Made by a program: the position numbers and the translations under genes. The notes below the pieces were generated by a model, which was not told where the DNA came from, ran no database searches, and saw nothing but the letters and a program-made list of their open reading frames with translations. From positions 110,194 to 174,193 of IMG/VR virus record IMGVR_UViG_3300036802_000112: 64,000 nt of DNA; one strand, written 5' to 3'. This document shows, in pieces, positions 36,655 to 47,394 of the stretch; position 1 is the stretch's first letter, and each line of letters starts with the position of its first letter. The DNA is from a virus (taxonomy: Duplodnaviria; Caudoviricetes).

Positions 36655-38154
36655 TTAAATTTGGATATAAACATCTAAGTTATTCGCAGGGTATGCAGGA
36701 GTCATTTTTAAACGAGTAACTAAGTTACGTTCGTTTTTACGCTCCGAAGTAGATGGTCCCGTTTGGCGCATCTGCCAGCCTACTACAACCTTGATATCTC
36801 GCGCAAGACCTAATTCCTTACACTCTTCGATAGCGCTTGTCAGCGTACCGTCTAAGCGTTCCATGAATCCATCAGTGATATTGTTTTTACCGCTGTATGG
36901 TTTTAAACGGTCACGAAGTCGTTTTACAACAACGTCAAAGTTTTTAATCATAGAATACTCTTGTTCCTCTGCACGTTCACTCTGAGCAGTTGTAAGCTGA
37001 TGACGGATGATTAAAGGACCATTCGTTTCCTCTTGGTACACAATAAACACACCGCGCTTAGCTAACTCATCCCATTGACGAGGACGGTACTTAGGAGCAT
37101 TTACACGATAAAACACACCTGGAATTTCTCGTAAAGAAAGTGGATCTACAGGACCAACAACGGAATCTAAAGCTACAATAGCAGCATTTACGAAGAAACC
37201 TGGAAGACCACTATACACAACACCACTTTGTAAGATATCAACTGTTTTTGCACAGAAGATGTTGTTTACTCGAACGTTGTTTAGAGACTCCGATAATCCA
37301 CCAACTTTATCAATAAGCTCGTCCATATCGTTAAGGTTATTGATTTTGCCCATATCGTACCCAGTGAACCCAACAGTTTCTCGGCGGTCATTCGGATTAG
37401 AGATAGCTGATACAAAAGCATTCAATGCATTCGTAACCTCTTGGTCGTCACTTAGAGGGCATAAACGATACGCATTCTTCTTGTAGTAAACTTTCTCCAT
37501 AATCTTAATGATGTCTTCTTTCGTTGCTTTTTCACCGAATTTACGAGGCACTTCTAAATAGTAGAAATACGGGCAACCGATACGGAAAGCAATCTCTGCT
37601 GCAATCGCAATATCATTTGTGATTTTAACACCGTTTTCTTCTAAAATAAATGAACCAAAAATCTCTTGTGCATAATAACGATCTTCCATTCCAACGATTC
37701 GAAGGTCGAAATCCTCTTCTTTGTTTTCAATGTTTAATGCAACATTGAACATTAAGTCCGCACTTGTTACAGCCGTTTCATTAACGATTTCTAATTCGAT
37801 GTCTAATACAACAGAATTAGTTGAAATCTTAGTGATGGATGTAACTTTGTAATCTGTATCCTTCTTCAATACAGTTGGTCCATCCGTTTTTACTACGCTG
37901 ATTTCTTCCAACGTAAATTCAGTTTCCTTGAACACTTGCAAGTTAACTGCCTTCTGAACAGAAACAGATAACTTTAATTTTGGATAGTCTTTGTTAGCTG
38001 CTTTCACGTTCTCAATTTTAACGCTACGTTTTAGTGACGTCATACCTGTTCCGATATACACCGGATGGAATTCAGTAATAGCATTTGATTCCGTTTGTGG
38101 TTGGCGCTCGATCATTACATTCGTGCCTGGAGAAATATAATCTTTATATGCCAC
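36655..38154 (-). CDS. Contractile tail sheath protein
   Basis: YISPGT N-terminus; IIRHQLTT...EYSM...PAYPANNLDVYI sheath C-terminal signature. Confidence 0.85.
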   Translation of the reverse strand: MAYKDYISPGTNVMIERQPQTESNAITEFHPVYIGTGMTSLKRSVKIENVKAANKDYPKLKLSVSVQKAVNLQVFKETEFTLEEISVVKTDGPTVLKKDTDYKVTSITKISTNSVVLDIELEIVNETAVTSADLMFNVALNIENKEEDFDLRIVGMEDRYYAQEIFGSFILEENGVKITNDIAIAAEIAFRIGCPYFYYLEVPRKFGEKATKEDIIKIMEKVYYKKNAYRLCPLSDDQEVTNALNAFVSAISNPNDRRETVGFTGYDMGKINNLNDMDELIDKVGGLSESLNNVRVNNIFCAKTVDILQSGVVYSGLPGFFVNAAIVALDSVVGPVDPLSLREIPGVFYRVNAPKYRPRQWDELAKRGVFIVYQEETNGPLIIRHQLTTAQSERAEEQEYSMIKNFDVVVKRLRDRLKPYSGKNNITDGFMERLDGTLTSAIEECKELGLARDIKVVVGWQMRQTGPSTSERKNERNLVTRLKMTPAYPANNLDVYIQI

Positions 38155-38221
38155 TACAATTCAACTCCCTTTCTTAAAATATTTACTATTTAAATTGTAA
38201 AACACATTGAGAAATAAATCA

Positions 38222-39013
38222 CTACTTATTACTATTTCCTTCAACCCATTCTTGGTAAACTCTTATGCCAGGTGACTCAACTTCATAAGGTAGCATCCCA
38301 TTCGGGTTTTCACTTTCTTTTCGATTACCCTCTATATCAAGATAACCTGTTCTTGCATTCTTATCTTGGACAACAGCACCAACTCCCGGAGGTCTGTAAT
38401 CACTAATCTCGTCATCTGGATCTGGCGGTTCTATTTCTGGATTCACAATAATTTCTTCCGTGTCTCCTGTAGACTTCGTATTCTCCCAAGGAACATCGAT
38501 GATAAACTGAACCGTAGTTTGATAGATTCCTTTATCCCCTCTGTATTCATCAGTTTCAGATACTTGTGCACCATTCATGATAAGTCCTAATTCACTGTAC
38601 ATACTCTTACAAGCAAATAAACAAATGTCTGCTAGTTCGTCAGCTAAGTCACTTGATTCTTCCTCGGTAAAAGCATGAACTAAGACCACAATAGTAGGGG
38701 AAATCATTTTAAAATACTTCGTACCCACTATCGCCCCAGTAGAATCAGTCGCATAACCTGACATGTTATTATTTAACATATCATTAAATCCTTTTTGGTA
38801 TCCACCTGCTTTAATAATAAAACGAGGTTGTTTACCATGATCAGTAGGATTACCATAAGACGGATAAATTTGAAGTCCCGTTTTAGAATCGTCGTCATTA
38901 TACGTATAGACAGGATGATTCTCGTAAATAGCACGAGTCGCTGTAAGGAATCGTTCTGTTAATTCCTTCTTAAATAAATTCAACTCAGGAAAGATTAACC
39001 TTTTATTCCCCAT
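38222..39013 (-). CDS. Putative tail terminator / neck protein
   Basis: Upstream of sheath; GAGGTGG RBS before MGNKRL; called by synteny. Confidence 0.55.
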   Translation of the reverse strand: MGNKRLIFPELNLFKKELTERFLTATRAIYENHPVYTYNDDDSKTGLQIYPSYGNPTDHGKQPRFIIKAGGYQKGFNDMLNNNMSGYATDSTGAIVGTKYFKMISPTIVVLVHAFTEEESSDLADELADICLFACKSMYSELGLIMNGAQVSETDEYRGDKGIYQTTVQFIIDVPWENTKSTGDTEEIIVNPEIEPPDPDDEISDYRPPGVGAVVQDKNARTGYLDIEGNRKESENPNGMLPYEVESPGIRVYQEWVEGNSNK

Positions 39014-39749
39014 CGTAATCCACCTCGACTTGATATATAGGATCTCCTCTTTCAATCGGTATCAGATTTAGAAGTTGTCTCATTACGTAACGAGACTTCG
39101 TTCTAGGAGTTACCTGATTAATTCTGTAGCGATGATTCATGATATCTACAATTACATCACCCGGCATAACGAGAGGGTAGTTTGCTATCCAAGCATTCAC
39201 AGGAGTCGCAGTTACCTCGTCACCATCAAGCATTCCCGATTCATCCACTTGAGAACTAATATCTGTAGAAATCATTGTCTTGATAGGAGGGAAATAACCA
39301 CCCTTTATTATCCCTGTACCATTACAAACTTCGCAATTTGCCCAGCGAACACGTTTTGTAATTGGATTCCAACACTCAGGACATTCCCCTCCATCACGTC
39401 TTTGTATTAAAACAAAAACAGGAGGATTCTTCATTACCCTCAAGGCAGTACGCGCTTCGTAAATTACTACATCAGCAATCGTATCTTTTGGTTGATAACG
39501 TAACGTATCCACTTCACTTTCATCAACTTTTTCACCGTTTATATATCCATCGATACGATAGTAATATCTTAACGCATGATTATAAAAGTTAACTGTTTTA
39601 TCAACATAGTGGTTAATCGTGATATCTTCCGCAATCATTTCGAATTCATCTTGAGGGGAAAGGGAACGGAAGACTTTAAATGAGTCTCCTTTTACATCTG
39701 ACCACTCTATATATAATTCTCTTGAATGCAGAGGCACTGTCTTTAACAT
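39003..39749 (-). CDS. Putative head-closure/neck protein with Fn3-like N-terminus and zinc finger
   Basis: YIEWSD...FKVFRS...YYYRID; CPECW...CEVCNGTG; PGDVIVD...RYRI. Confidence 0.6.
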   Translation of the reverse strand: MLKTVPLHSRELYIEWSDVKGDSFKVFRSLSPQDEFEMIAEDITINHYVDKTVNFYNHALRYYYRIDGYINGEKVDESEVDTLRYQPKDTIADVVIYEARTALRVMKNPPVFVLIQRRDGGECPECWNPITKRVRWANCEVCNGTGIIKGGYFPPIKTMISTDISSQVDESGMLDGDEVTATPVNAWIANYPLVMPGDVIVDIMNHRYRINQVTPRTKSRYVMRQLLNLIPIERGDPIYQVEVDYDGE

Positions 39750-39751
39750 AA

Positions 39752-40186
39752 CTAGTACCTCCACCCCATCGGACTACCAAGACCCCTAAAGCGAGGTACT
39801 TGTCCTCTTTTGAAATCACTTAGTTTACGTTGATAGTCAACAATCTCTTGTTGCATCCAACCTTGATAGTGACCTGACTTGTCATTTAAATTGACAGAGA
39901 AACCAGCATCGCTATAACTTACTTGGTTACGAAGATGAAGAAGTCCTCTTGCTCGGAACATAAATAACGTTGCGCCATCTAATAACAAACTTGTCTTTGG
40001 AAATTCTTCAAGTCTAAAGTTATTACGTGGTTCTTCCTCATTAATGTTAGCTAGTGACTCTAAGATATAACCTTCCAGTTGTTCATCATTAAATTCTAAG
40101 TTACCTTCTAAGATGTTTTTAATCGGATCAGTGTCGTAGATTCGTAAACGAAACCTTTTAATAAGGCCTTCCATTAATTCCGACAT
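39752..40186 (-). CDS. Putative head-tail adaptor
   Basis: RLRIYDTD...EFNDEQL...RNQVSYSDAGFSV; position after capsid. Confidence 0.6.
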   Translation of the reverse strand: MSELMEGLIKRFRLRIYDTDPIKNILEGNLEFNDEQLEGYILESLANINEEEPRNNFRLEEFPKTSLLLDGATLFMFRARGLLHLRNQVSYSDAGFSVNLNDKSGHYQGWMQQEIVDYQRKLSDFKRGQVPRFRGLGSPMGWRY

Positions 40187-40197
40187 ACTATCACCCC

Positions 40198-40620
40198 TTA
40201 TTCAGCTTCAACAGCAACAGGTTCGAAACCAAAGTGAGTTAATAAAGCATTTGTCACTTCTGGAGCACCCGAACGACTATGCACACCTAAGTCTAATTCA
40301 TTGTCTTTCATAAACTTTAATGCATCTTTCTTAGACAGCCCTTTAATTTCTTCTTCTGTTAAAGTTTTTGGTTCTACTTTAACTTCCTCTTTTACCTCTT
40401 CAACAATTTTGGTTTCCTGTACTTCTTCTACAGTATCTGTAATTGCAGAAATTTCGATTACACCTTGCTTGTGTAAAGAGTTAGCTAAGTCTAAATCTTT
40501 TTGTGTCTTAAATGTAATCGGCTGCGGTATATTCGGCTCTACCACGATACGAGCTAACGCAAGAGCGATTTTCGCCTTATTCGTTACTAATAGTGTTTCT
40601 GTAATTTTTGATTTTGACAT
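40198..40620 (-). CDS. Hypothetical protein downstream of capsid
   Basis: GGAGGTG RBS before MSKSK; C-terminal helix-extended-helix-like segment. Confidence 0.6.
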   Translation of the reverse strand: MSKSKITETLLVTNKAKIALALARIVVEPNIPQPITFKTQKDLDLANSLHKQGVIEISAITDTVEEVQETKIVEEVKEEVKVEPKTLTEEEIKGLSKKDALKFMKDNELDLGVHSRSGAPEVTNALLTHFGFEPVAVEAE

Positions 40621-40654
40621 AATAAAAAACACCTCCACAGTCATTATAGCATAA

Positions 40655-40689
40655 GAAAAAGCGAGACTCGTCATAAGTCTCGCTTTTTC
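40655..40689 (-). terminator. Terminator after major capsid gene
   Basis: GAAAAAGCGAGACT...AGTCTCGCTTTTTC. Confidence 0.85.
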
Positions 40690-40705
40690 AATATATTTAT
40701 GCAGC

Positions 40706-41623
40706 TTACGCTTTTGCTTTACCAATCTCTAGACGAGCGATAGCTTTTGCATCGTGAATGAACATTCCGATGAACTCGTAAGCAAATACTTCTTTATCCT
40801 TTGTTTCAGGGATACGTTGAACATCCATCGTGATGTCACGAAGGATTGGCATACGTCCAAGAACTTCTTTAGGAGAAAGACCATAGATGAATTTTTCATC
40901 AACGATGATACCAGTAACCATTTTGATGCCGCCCCAAATTGTAGGAAGCTCACCAGTTTCTAATACTGTACGTTGAGAAACTTCATCAAGATCTTCTTCG
41001 CCCCATAGTAAGAAGTCATCGTAAGTAGCAGGGTTCATTAAGTAAGAAGAGAACGCTACGTTGTTACGAGAGAAGATTTTCTTAATTGCAAGTAAACCAG
41101 CTTTTGTAACAGAAGTTTCAGCTTGGAATACTTGTTGAGCAGGAACGCTATCGACAAGTAAGTTAGCAACGCGTAAGAATTCTTTATCTTCCACTTTCGC
41201 CATTTCTTGTCCTGCTTTTTCTTGCGTACGACGCATTAAGTCGTAAGGTTGTGTATCAAGATCCCATTGAGTGATCGTTAAGCGAGGTGTTGCGATTTCA
41301 TAGAAATCAACTTTAACAGTATCGCCTTTGATGATTAAACTTGGAACCTCAGATTCACGAGGCATTACAGCAGCAGTTGCTTCAACGTCTTTAGAGTATA
41401 CAACGAATACTTCTTCGTTAATACGAACTAAGTCTTCTGGAGATACATCTGTTACAGTGATTACGTCACGTACGAAACCTTCGTAGTCACGAACAACTTG
41501 GATGAATTCAGGCATTTTTTCTTTTGCGTAACGCTCGAATCCTTCCGATTGTTTCAGCAATTCTTTTAAGTCATATTCTTCTTCGCGCATTTCGCGTCCC
41601 ATGCGTGGTTCATGTAATGGCAT
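40706..41623 (-). CDS. Major capsid protein
   Basis: 305 aa; order protease-scaffold-decoration-capsid; EMAKVEDKEF, YLMNPATYDDF, YEFIGMFIHD patterns fit the HK97 fold; terminator follows. Confidence 0.75.
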   Translation of the reverse strand: MPLHEPRMGREMREEEYDLKELLKQSEGFERYAKEKMPEFIQVVRDYEGFVRDVITVTDVSPEDLVRINEEVFVVYSKDVEATAAVMPRESEVPSLIIKGDTVKVDFYEIATPRLTITQWDLDTQPYDLMRRTQEKAGQEMAKVEDKEFLRVANLLVDSVPAQQVFQAETSVTKAGLLAIKKIFSRNNVAFSSYLMNPATYDDFLLWGEEDLDEVSQRTVLETGELPTIWGGIKMVTGIIVDEKFIYGLSPKEVLGRMPILRDITMDVQRIPETKDKEVFAYEFIGMFIHDAKAIARLEIGKAKA

Positions 41624-41656
41624 TTTTATAGCCCCTTTCCAACTGTTTTATTTTTA

Positions 41657-42103
41657 TTAGCCTTCGTAGCGAAGGAATGGATATTCCTGAGTAGGAATTT
41701 TAGTTACAGTACCGATAATTAAGTGTGCTTTTGTAGTATCCGTAGCTGGAACTGCAAGGCCTTTTTTACCAGAAGTAATAGGTTGACCGAATGTGAATGA
41801 TGCTGTTTTATCATATTGATCTGTACCTAATTCGTAGTTACCTTTTAGACATGTAATCATGCCCACACGACTTACGTTATCGCGACCTTCTAAAAGTTCA
41901 CCTTGTAAACCGCGGCCTTTACCTGCGTAACGTGCGTTTAATGTTGGGAATGCAGGGCGAGTACCATCAGCATATTCCCACTCACCTGAATCATTTAAGT
42001 GGAATAATTGACCAGGTTGTACTTCTGTTACTTTTGCGCTTACTTTGTTACCAGATAAGCGGTGTGCTTTTTGATAATAAATATTCATTCTATCAAGTGC
42101 CAT
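41657..42103 (-). CDS. Putative capsid decoration/cement protein
   Basis: 148 aa directly upstream of capsid; ITCLKGNYELGTDQYD...IIGTVTKIP. Confidence 0.6.
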   Translation of the reverse strand: MALDRMNIYYQKAHRLSGNKVSAKVTEVQPGQLFHLNDSGEWEYADGTRPAFPTLNARYAGKGRGLQGELLEGRDNVSRVGMITCLKGNYELGTDQYDKTASFTFGQPITSGKKGLAVPATDTTKAHLIIGTVTKIPTQEYPFLRYEG

Positions 42104-42123
42104 GTTTCGTATCCTCCCTTTAA

Positions 42124-43344
42124 CTAGTGTTTGTTCAATTCTTTTGCCGCTTCGCCGATAGTTTGTCCTCGTTTGGATAAACCATTTTCAGCGGTGCCAA
42201 CATAAGAATCAACTCCATTACTATTATAATCTACTAAAACGCCCAAACTTGCAAGTCCTTCTTCTTGATTCTGCGCTTGTTTAATTAACATATCGTAAAG
42301 TTTCAATTGATCTTCACTTGCTGTTTTTAATTCTCCAAAGCGCTCATTGTATTCAGACTGTTTAATCATCTGTAGTTCAAGCATTTTTCCGACCATATCG
42401 AAAGCTACTTTCTCACGTTTTTCATCAAACATTTGTTGTTTGTAGAAAGAAAAATCAGAAGCAGTTTTATCTAATTCTCTTTGAACCTTAGATAATTCTT
42501 TTCGGACTCCCATTTTTTCTTCACGTTCGTACGCAGCTTCCTTTTGTAATAAGTGATTCTCACTTGTTAGGCTATCAATTTCAGCAGCACTCTTTTCGAG
42601 GTTTTCTTCAAGTTGAGCAATCTTATTCATAGAAGCTTGCTTGTCCAACTCTAAAGACATAATTTCCTCTTTTAATATACCACGAACTTCCATACCGTCG
42701 CTATTATTTTCCGCAACTTTCATGGTTTGAGGTTGTTGTTCCTCTTTATTTTCGTTGCCATACATCTTTTCACCGACATATGCAGTAGCTAAGAATGGAG
42801 AAACAACTTTCGTTGTATTCGTGACAGGACCCATTAATGAAGGTCTTCTATCTTGACCACCAGAGCCTTCGAACAATTGCGAGACACTTCCGTCTGCATT
42901 TGTTTTTTCACCTACCGCTATCCCCCTTCCTTGTTCACCTACTGGTGTAGAGAAGAATTTACCTCTCGCTTTTTCAGGGTTCTTTCCGGCTAGATGTTTA
43001 CCTGCCCATGTATCAGCGGCAATCGTTTTATCTTTTAGATAAGCCATACCATCTTTTGCTTTTTGTTGAATCTTTTCACCTTTAGGAAGAAACTTCATAG
43101 CCCCGATACCTGCATCTAAAACAAGTCCATTAGACTCTCTATCCATTTCTTCTCTTTGTATCTTTTTAATCTTGTCTCCATCGTACATTCGAACAGGACC
43201 GTTAGCTTTACCAACTTCCTTTTCAGCGTTCATTACAAATTTACCAAGATTCGTACCATTGCTTGCACCACGTCCTAAAAACCTTCCGAAGAAAGCTTCT
43301 TTTTCGAGAAAGGCGTGATTACTTAAATCTATATTACTCATCAA
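42124..43344 (-). CDS. Putative scaffolding/internal head protein (K-x-A rich)
   Basis: Long coiled coil; about ten h-x-K-x-A motifs. Confidence 0.6.
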   Translation of the reverse strand: MMSNIDLSNHAFLEKEAFFGRFLGRGASNGTNLGKFVMNAEKEVGKANGPVRMYDGDKIKKIQREEMDRESNGLVLDAGIGAMKFLPKGEKIQQKAKDGMAYLKDKTIAADTWAGKHLAGKNPEKARGKFFSTPVGEQGRGIAVGEKTNADGSVSQLFEGSGGQDRRPSLMGPVTNTTKVVSPFLATAYVGEKMYGNENKEEQQPQTMKVAENNSDGMEVRGILKEEIMSLELDKQASMNKIAQLEENLEKSAAEIDSLTSENHLLQKEAAYEREEKMGVRKELSKVQRELDKTASDFSFYKQQMFDEKREKVAFDMVGKMLELQMIKQSEYNERFGELKTASEDQLKLYDMLIKQAQNQEEGLASLGVLVDYNSNGVDSYVGTAENGLSKRGQTIGEAAKELNKH

Positions 43345-43374
43345 AGTACCTCCCCTCTTTATACATATTATACG

Positions 43375-44052
43375 TTACTTCAAGTAAGCGCGTAATCCTT
43401 CAACTAAAATCTTAGAATCTTTTATTTCATATGCAAGAGAAGGGTTGTTTCTATCCTTAATCATATTTACAATCGCATCTGCAATTTGTTGCTTATTATA
43501 AGGACGAAGAACTGTTGTTAAATCTCCAGCTTGTTTAATAATAGATAACTTCAAGCGGTCAGCTTCATAAGGACTTAACATCACTTCTTCCACTAAGCGA
43601 TTCTTAATATACTCTGTTAAGTCTTTATTGCTACTCATTCTCATATTAACCATTCCGAGTGGAGATTTTAGAGAACCAGGATTTGTTGCAACTTCACTTC
43701 CCATTGCATCAACAATACCTTCAATGATTTTCCCTTGATCACCTTGAAAGCGATTTTGGATTCTGTCAGAGTGCGTAATAACACGAGAAGAAAGTTCGTG
43801 AGCCATACCATCAGAAACCCCTAATCGTTGAGCAATTAAATTCTTTGTGTTATCAAACAAATCAAGACCTCTAGATAAGAAAGCTTCTTTTGTCATATGA
43901 CTTGCTGTTTTTTCAAGCGAGTCTGGAATCAGACCCGCTTGTTTTTCTAGGTATTCACGTACACCTTGATTATCTTCTTGTGCCAATTTACCTAAAGATA
44001 ACTCTTCTTTTTTAGCACGATTGGAATTCATTAAAATATCATAATTACGCAT
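43375..44052 (-). CDS. Putative head assembly/internal protein (K-x-A motifs)
   Basis: LGKLAQ, LEKQAG, LEKTAS, MTKEAF, IIKQAG. Confidence 0.55.
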   Translation of the reverse strand: MRNYDILMNSNRAKKEELSLGKLAQEDNQGVREYLEKQAGLIPDSLEKTASHMTKEAFLSRGLDLFDNTKNLIAQRLGVSDGMAHELSSRVITHSDRIQNRFQGDQGKIIEGIVDAMGSEVATNPGSLKSPLGMVNMRMSSNKDLTEYIKNRLVEEVMLSPYEADRLKLSIIKQAGDLTTVLRPYNKQQIADAIVNMIKDRNNPSLAYEIKDSKILVEGLRAYLK

Positions 44053-46523
44053 TACAACTTCACTCCATTCTGTTCTAATGTATGTTTTACTCCTTCTGGA
44101 TTCAATTGACTCTTAGGTTTAGCACCATTGTTATTCAGTAATTTACCGAATACAAACGCATCTACCATCCGTCCAGGGATAGAACCTGTGAAGGCTCTAT
44201 TATCAGCAATTGTATCTAGAACAAGCGTATTTACAAAGTCACTAGATGCTTCTTTTACTTGTCCATGTACATATTCTGCCGCTGACTTTAAGAATAGACC
44301 TTTTGCATAACTTGGTAAACCTACATGATCCAATAATTCTTGTGCTTCTTTATCCATATTGCCAACTGATAATAACGTAGCTAATTTAAGTCCAGCTACT
44401 TCGTCAGGAGTCATTCCACTTTCAGAAGCAAACTTCGTCATGAATTCTTCGTTGAATGCATTGAAGTTCCCAATCGGATATTCAGATGCTTCTTTTACCA
44501 ACTCTTCGAATTCCTGCATTGCACTTAACTTTAACGCACCCTTCGCTTTATTGATTGCTTCAGGGAAATCTTTCATAAGCACTTTGCTAACAGGCTTACC
44601 TGCAATTGCTGCACCTAAAGTTGTAACTCCCGGACGATCCGCAATGAAGTTCTCAGCATCAGAAAGGTTACGACCATTTTCACGACGATTCTTTTCGAAC
44701 ATACTAGCTCCGTACGCAAGTGGAGCTGTAATACCTAGTAACTTCATCGTTCCTAGACCACCAGCTTTTTTACGTCGAATGATAGCTTCCGCTTCTTCCC
44801 GTTGTAGTCGTTTACCTTCTGAAACACCATTATTATATAACATTTGTTCTTGCATGCCATTGAACGGATTAGAGAATGCAGCAGTCTTTTCTAACTCACT
44901 ATCTAAGTATTGAGCCATTTTCACTAGTCTCGTCACTCGGATATTCGGGCGCATGTTTTGGTAGTTACGATAAGCAAGTGTACCTAATATGTCACCTAAT
45001 GTTTTAGGGTTAACCATCATATCGATATCTCGTCTTACATCACTTCCACCAATCAATGAATGACCGCCACTTAATACCGCAGATAAACGAGGAATTAAGT
45101 ACTCAGGTCCTTGACTTCTCATTTCTAAGAACGGACTCATTGTACGTCTTACAATTTTAACTACTCGTGTAGATGGAACTTCATCTAAGTCATCATGAGT
45201 AGGAAGACTTCCAATGAATGATAATGGATCACTATTAAAACCACTCATATCATGAGCGCTTTCATCATACAACTCAGTTAATCCAGACGGGTCGTTCATA
45301 TCAGGTAATTGTTCTGTCGCTAAAGAAGTAACCTTAAATGCTTTTGAAACATCAGAAGGATATACCTCTTCATCTCCCGAAGGAGATAGACTTAATTCAG
45401 GTCTGAAATGCGCATCAGTTAATCCAGATAAAATCGTGTGTAGTTCCCCAGGGAAAAATTCGATACCCATTAATTCAGAAATACCTAAGAACGTAGAGAA
45501 TACACGATGTTCAGAAAGCCCCTCTTCTTCCGCTAACTCTTTTAATGTACCTGCAATACTATTTAGCGATTCATCATCGAAACGCTTCTCAGTAAGGAAT
45601 TTGATAAGTCTCAGCATGTTACCTGCATTCTCTGTATCTTCCTCTGTAGGAATTGTAGAAATATTAACTAACTTACCTGTTAGTTCTTTTTCTAATTCCG
45701 CTAACTTTTGCATCATTACGTTTTTGTGTGATGCCACTTTTTCTACATTCTTTTGTACTAGAGGATGCAGTTCTTGTTCGTAGCTAGCCACTTTGTCCAT
45801 TTCGTAATCACTTAAACGAACGAAACGTGTCTTACCATTTTCAGAAGCAACCTTTTTGAATGATGATTTAGATTCACCTGCACCAGAATCAAATACAACC
45901 AATGCTTTCGCTACACGTTCTGCGCCGTTTAATACAGCAGAAGAATCATGGAACTTAGGGCTATGGTTAATCTCGTATACACGCTCACCGTTACCTAAGT
46001 ACTGCATACGATAATGTCTAACGTGGTCGCAGAATTCTCGTTGTGTACGAGCTTTATTACCACATACAGAACAAATTGTGTATGGTACTCGGCAACCCAT
46101 TGATACGTCAGTTAAGTAACCCTTTTCGAAACCTCTTACGATTTCAGGTGCTAACTTCTTATCGATGCTCTTGAAAATCTCTACGCATTTCATGATAGGA
46201 TTCCAACGCACAGAAATGATTTCACCGATAGCTTGCTCAATCTTTTTGTTCTCGTGGTTTTTGAATACATGACCTTCATTGAACGTTTCGTAAGAGTTAA
46301 CTAATTCGCTCTCAGGGAAGTAGTCACCGTTTTTGTTCGGGCCATAATACTCACCTGCACTGATGATTCGAACCCACAAGTACATGAAGTCAGGGTCGAA
46401 TGTGAAACCTTCAGGTAAATCCACATGAGAACTTGCTACTTTTTCTAAGTGCTCAGTACTTGCAACATTGTACAATTCGTACTCAGCGATTGTGGAAGGG
46501 ATTGTTTTATCAAAACCGTTCAC
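44052..46523 (-). CDS. Prohead protease with zinc-finger insert and long C-terminal extension
   Basis: NKNGDYF, VFKNH, IGEII, TDVSMGC...CSVCGN...FCDH, EIN...A motifs of HK97/herpes-fold prohead proteases. Confidence 0.8.
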   Translation of the reverse strand: MNGFDKTIPSTIAEYELYNVASTEHLEKVASSHVDLPEGFTFDPDFMYLWVRIISAGEYYGPNKNGDYFPESELVNSYETFNEGHVFKNHENKKIEQAIGEIISVRWNPIMKCVEIFKSIDKKLAPEIVRGFEKGYLTDVSMGCRVPYTICSVCGNKARTQREFCDHVRHYRMQYLGNGERVYEINHSPKFHDSSAVLNGAERVAKALVVFDSGAGESKSSFKKVASENGKTRFVRLSDYEMDKVASYEQELHPLVQKNVEKVASHKNVMMQKLAELEKELTGKLVNISTIPTEEDTENAGNMLRLIKFLTEKRFDDESLNSIAGTLKELAEEEGLSEHRVFSTFLGISELMGIEFFPGELHTILSGLTDAHFRPELSLSPSGDEEVYPSDVSKAFKVTSLATEQLPDMNDPSGLTELYDESAHDMSGFNSDPLSFIGSLPTHDDLDEVPSTRVVKIVRRTMSPFLEMRSQGPEYLIPRLSAVLSGGHSLIGGSDVRRDIDMMVNPKTLGDILGTLAYRNYQNMRPNIRVTRLVKMAQYLDSELEKTAAFSNPFNGMQEQMLYNNGVSEGKRLQREEAEAIIRRKKAGGLGTMKLLGITAPLAYGASMFEKNRRENGRNLSDAENFIADRPGVTTLGAAIAGKPVSKVLMKDFPEAINKAKGALKLSAMQEFEELVKEASEYPIGNFNAFNEEFMTKFASESGMTPDEVAGLKLATLLSVGNMDKEAQELLDHVGLPSYAKGLFLKSAAEYVHGQVKEASSDFVNTLVLDTIADNRAFTGSIPGRMVDAFVFGKLLNNNGAKPKSQLNPEGVKHTLEQNGVKL

Positions 46524-46605
46524 AGCATCTCAACTCCTTTTTATATCGTTCTAAAAAAAGTATAGCACACGTTGTATAGCAGGAGAATAAACGAATACAG
46601 AAGGC

Positions 46606-46636
46606 AAAAAAATAACTGCGCCCCGAAGGGCACAGT
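46606..46636 (-). terminator. Terminator after ssb (cUUCGg loop)
   Basis: Minus strand ACTGTGCCC-TTCG-GGGCGCAGT then T-tract. Confidence 0.8.
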
Positions 46637-46656
46637 ATATGTTTTGTTTCCAAATT

Positions 46657-47139
46657 TTAGAAGGGTAAGTCGTCGTCCGAGATATCAATTGGTTGTCCAA
46701 CATTACTAAACGGGTCATCGTTTTTGTTTTGATTACCAAAACCGTTACCTTGACCTTGATTGCTAAATCCGCTATTTCCTTGATTGCTGAAATCACCGTT
46801 ACCACGCGCTTCAGTTGTATTTCGCGGCTCTAAAAACTGTACGCTCTCCGCAAGAACTTCTGTTACATATACACGCTTGCCATCTTGCCCATCATAGTTA
46901 CGAGTTTGAAGACGTCCATCAACACCAGCTAAACTACCTTTCTTTAGATACTTAGCTACGTTCTCTGCTTGTTTACGCCAAATTACACAGTTGATAAAAT
47001 CAGCTTCACGATCACCTTGTTGATTTGCAAATGCACGATTTACAGCTAGTGTAAAAGTAGCCACTGCAATTCCATTTGGTGTGTAACGTAAATCAGGATC
47101 TTTCGTTAGTCGTCCTACTAAAATCACTCTATTCATCAT
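46657..47139 (-). CDS. ssb: Single-stranded DNA-binding protein, Bacillus SsbA-like
   Basis: [23 protein letters not shown]...[16 protein letters not shown]...DISDDDLPF. Confidence 0.97.
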   Translation of the reverse strand: MMNRVILVGRLTKDPDLRYTPNGIAVATFTLAVNRAFANQQGDREADFINCVIWRKQAENVAKYLKKGSLAGVDGRLQTRNYDGQDGKRVYVTEVLAESVQFLEPRNTTEARGNGDFSNQGNSGFSNQGQGNGFGNQNKNDDPFSNVGQPIDISDDDLPF

Positions 47140-47332
47140 AATCAATCTCTCCGTTTCTTTTCTTTAAATGTGGATATTTCGTTGCAAAGTATCTTTCTAT
47201 TTCTTCTTTCTCCATGTAGTACGTAACCACTTCGCTCGGCTTAATATTTTGTTCTACACTTCGTTTCCCGACTCCGTACGGTTTCTTGCCATAATGTGTT
47301 CGTACTTGTCTAACCAATTTTTGTAACACCAC
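47129..47332 (-). CDS. Small hypothetical protein
   Basis: 67-aa ORF overlapping the ssb start. Confidence 0.45.
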   Translation of the reverse strand: MVLQKLVRQVRTHYGKKPYGVGKRSVEQNIKPSEVVTYYMEKEEIERYFATKYPHLKKRNGEIDYDE

Positions 47333-47394
47333 CCATCATTTCGGTATGATTTAATTATTACCACCCAAATGATGAATGCACAAGCTACATATCG

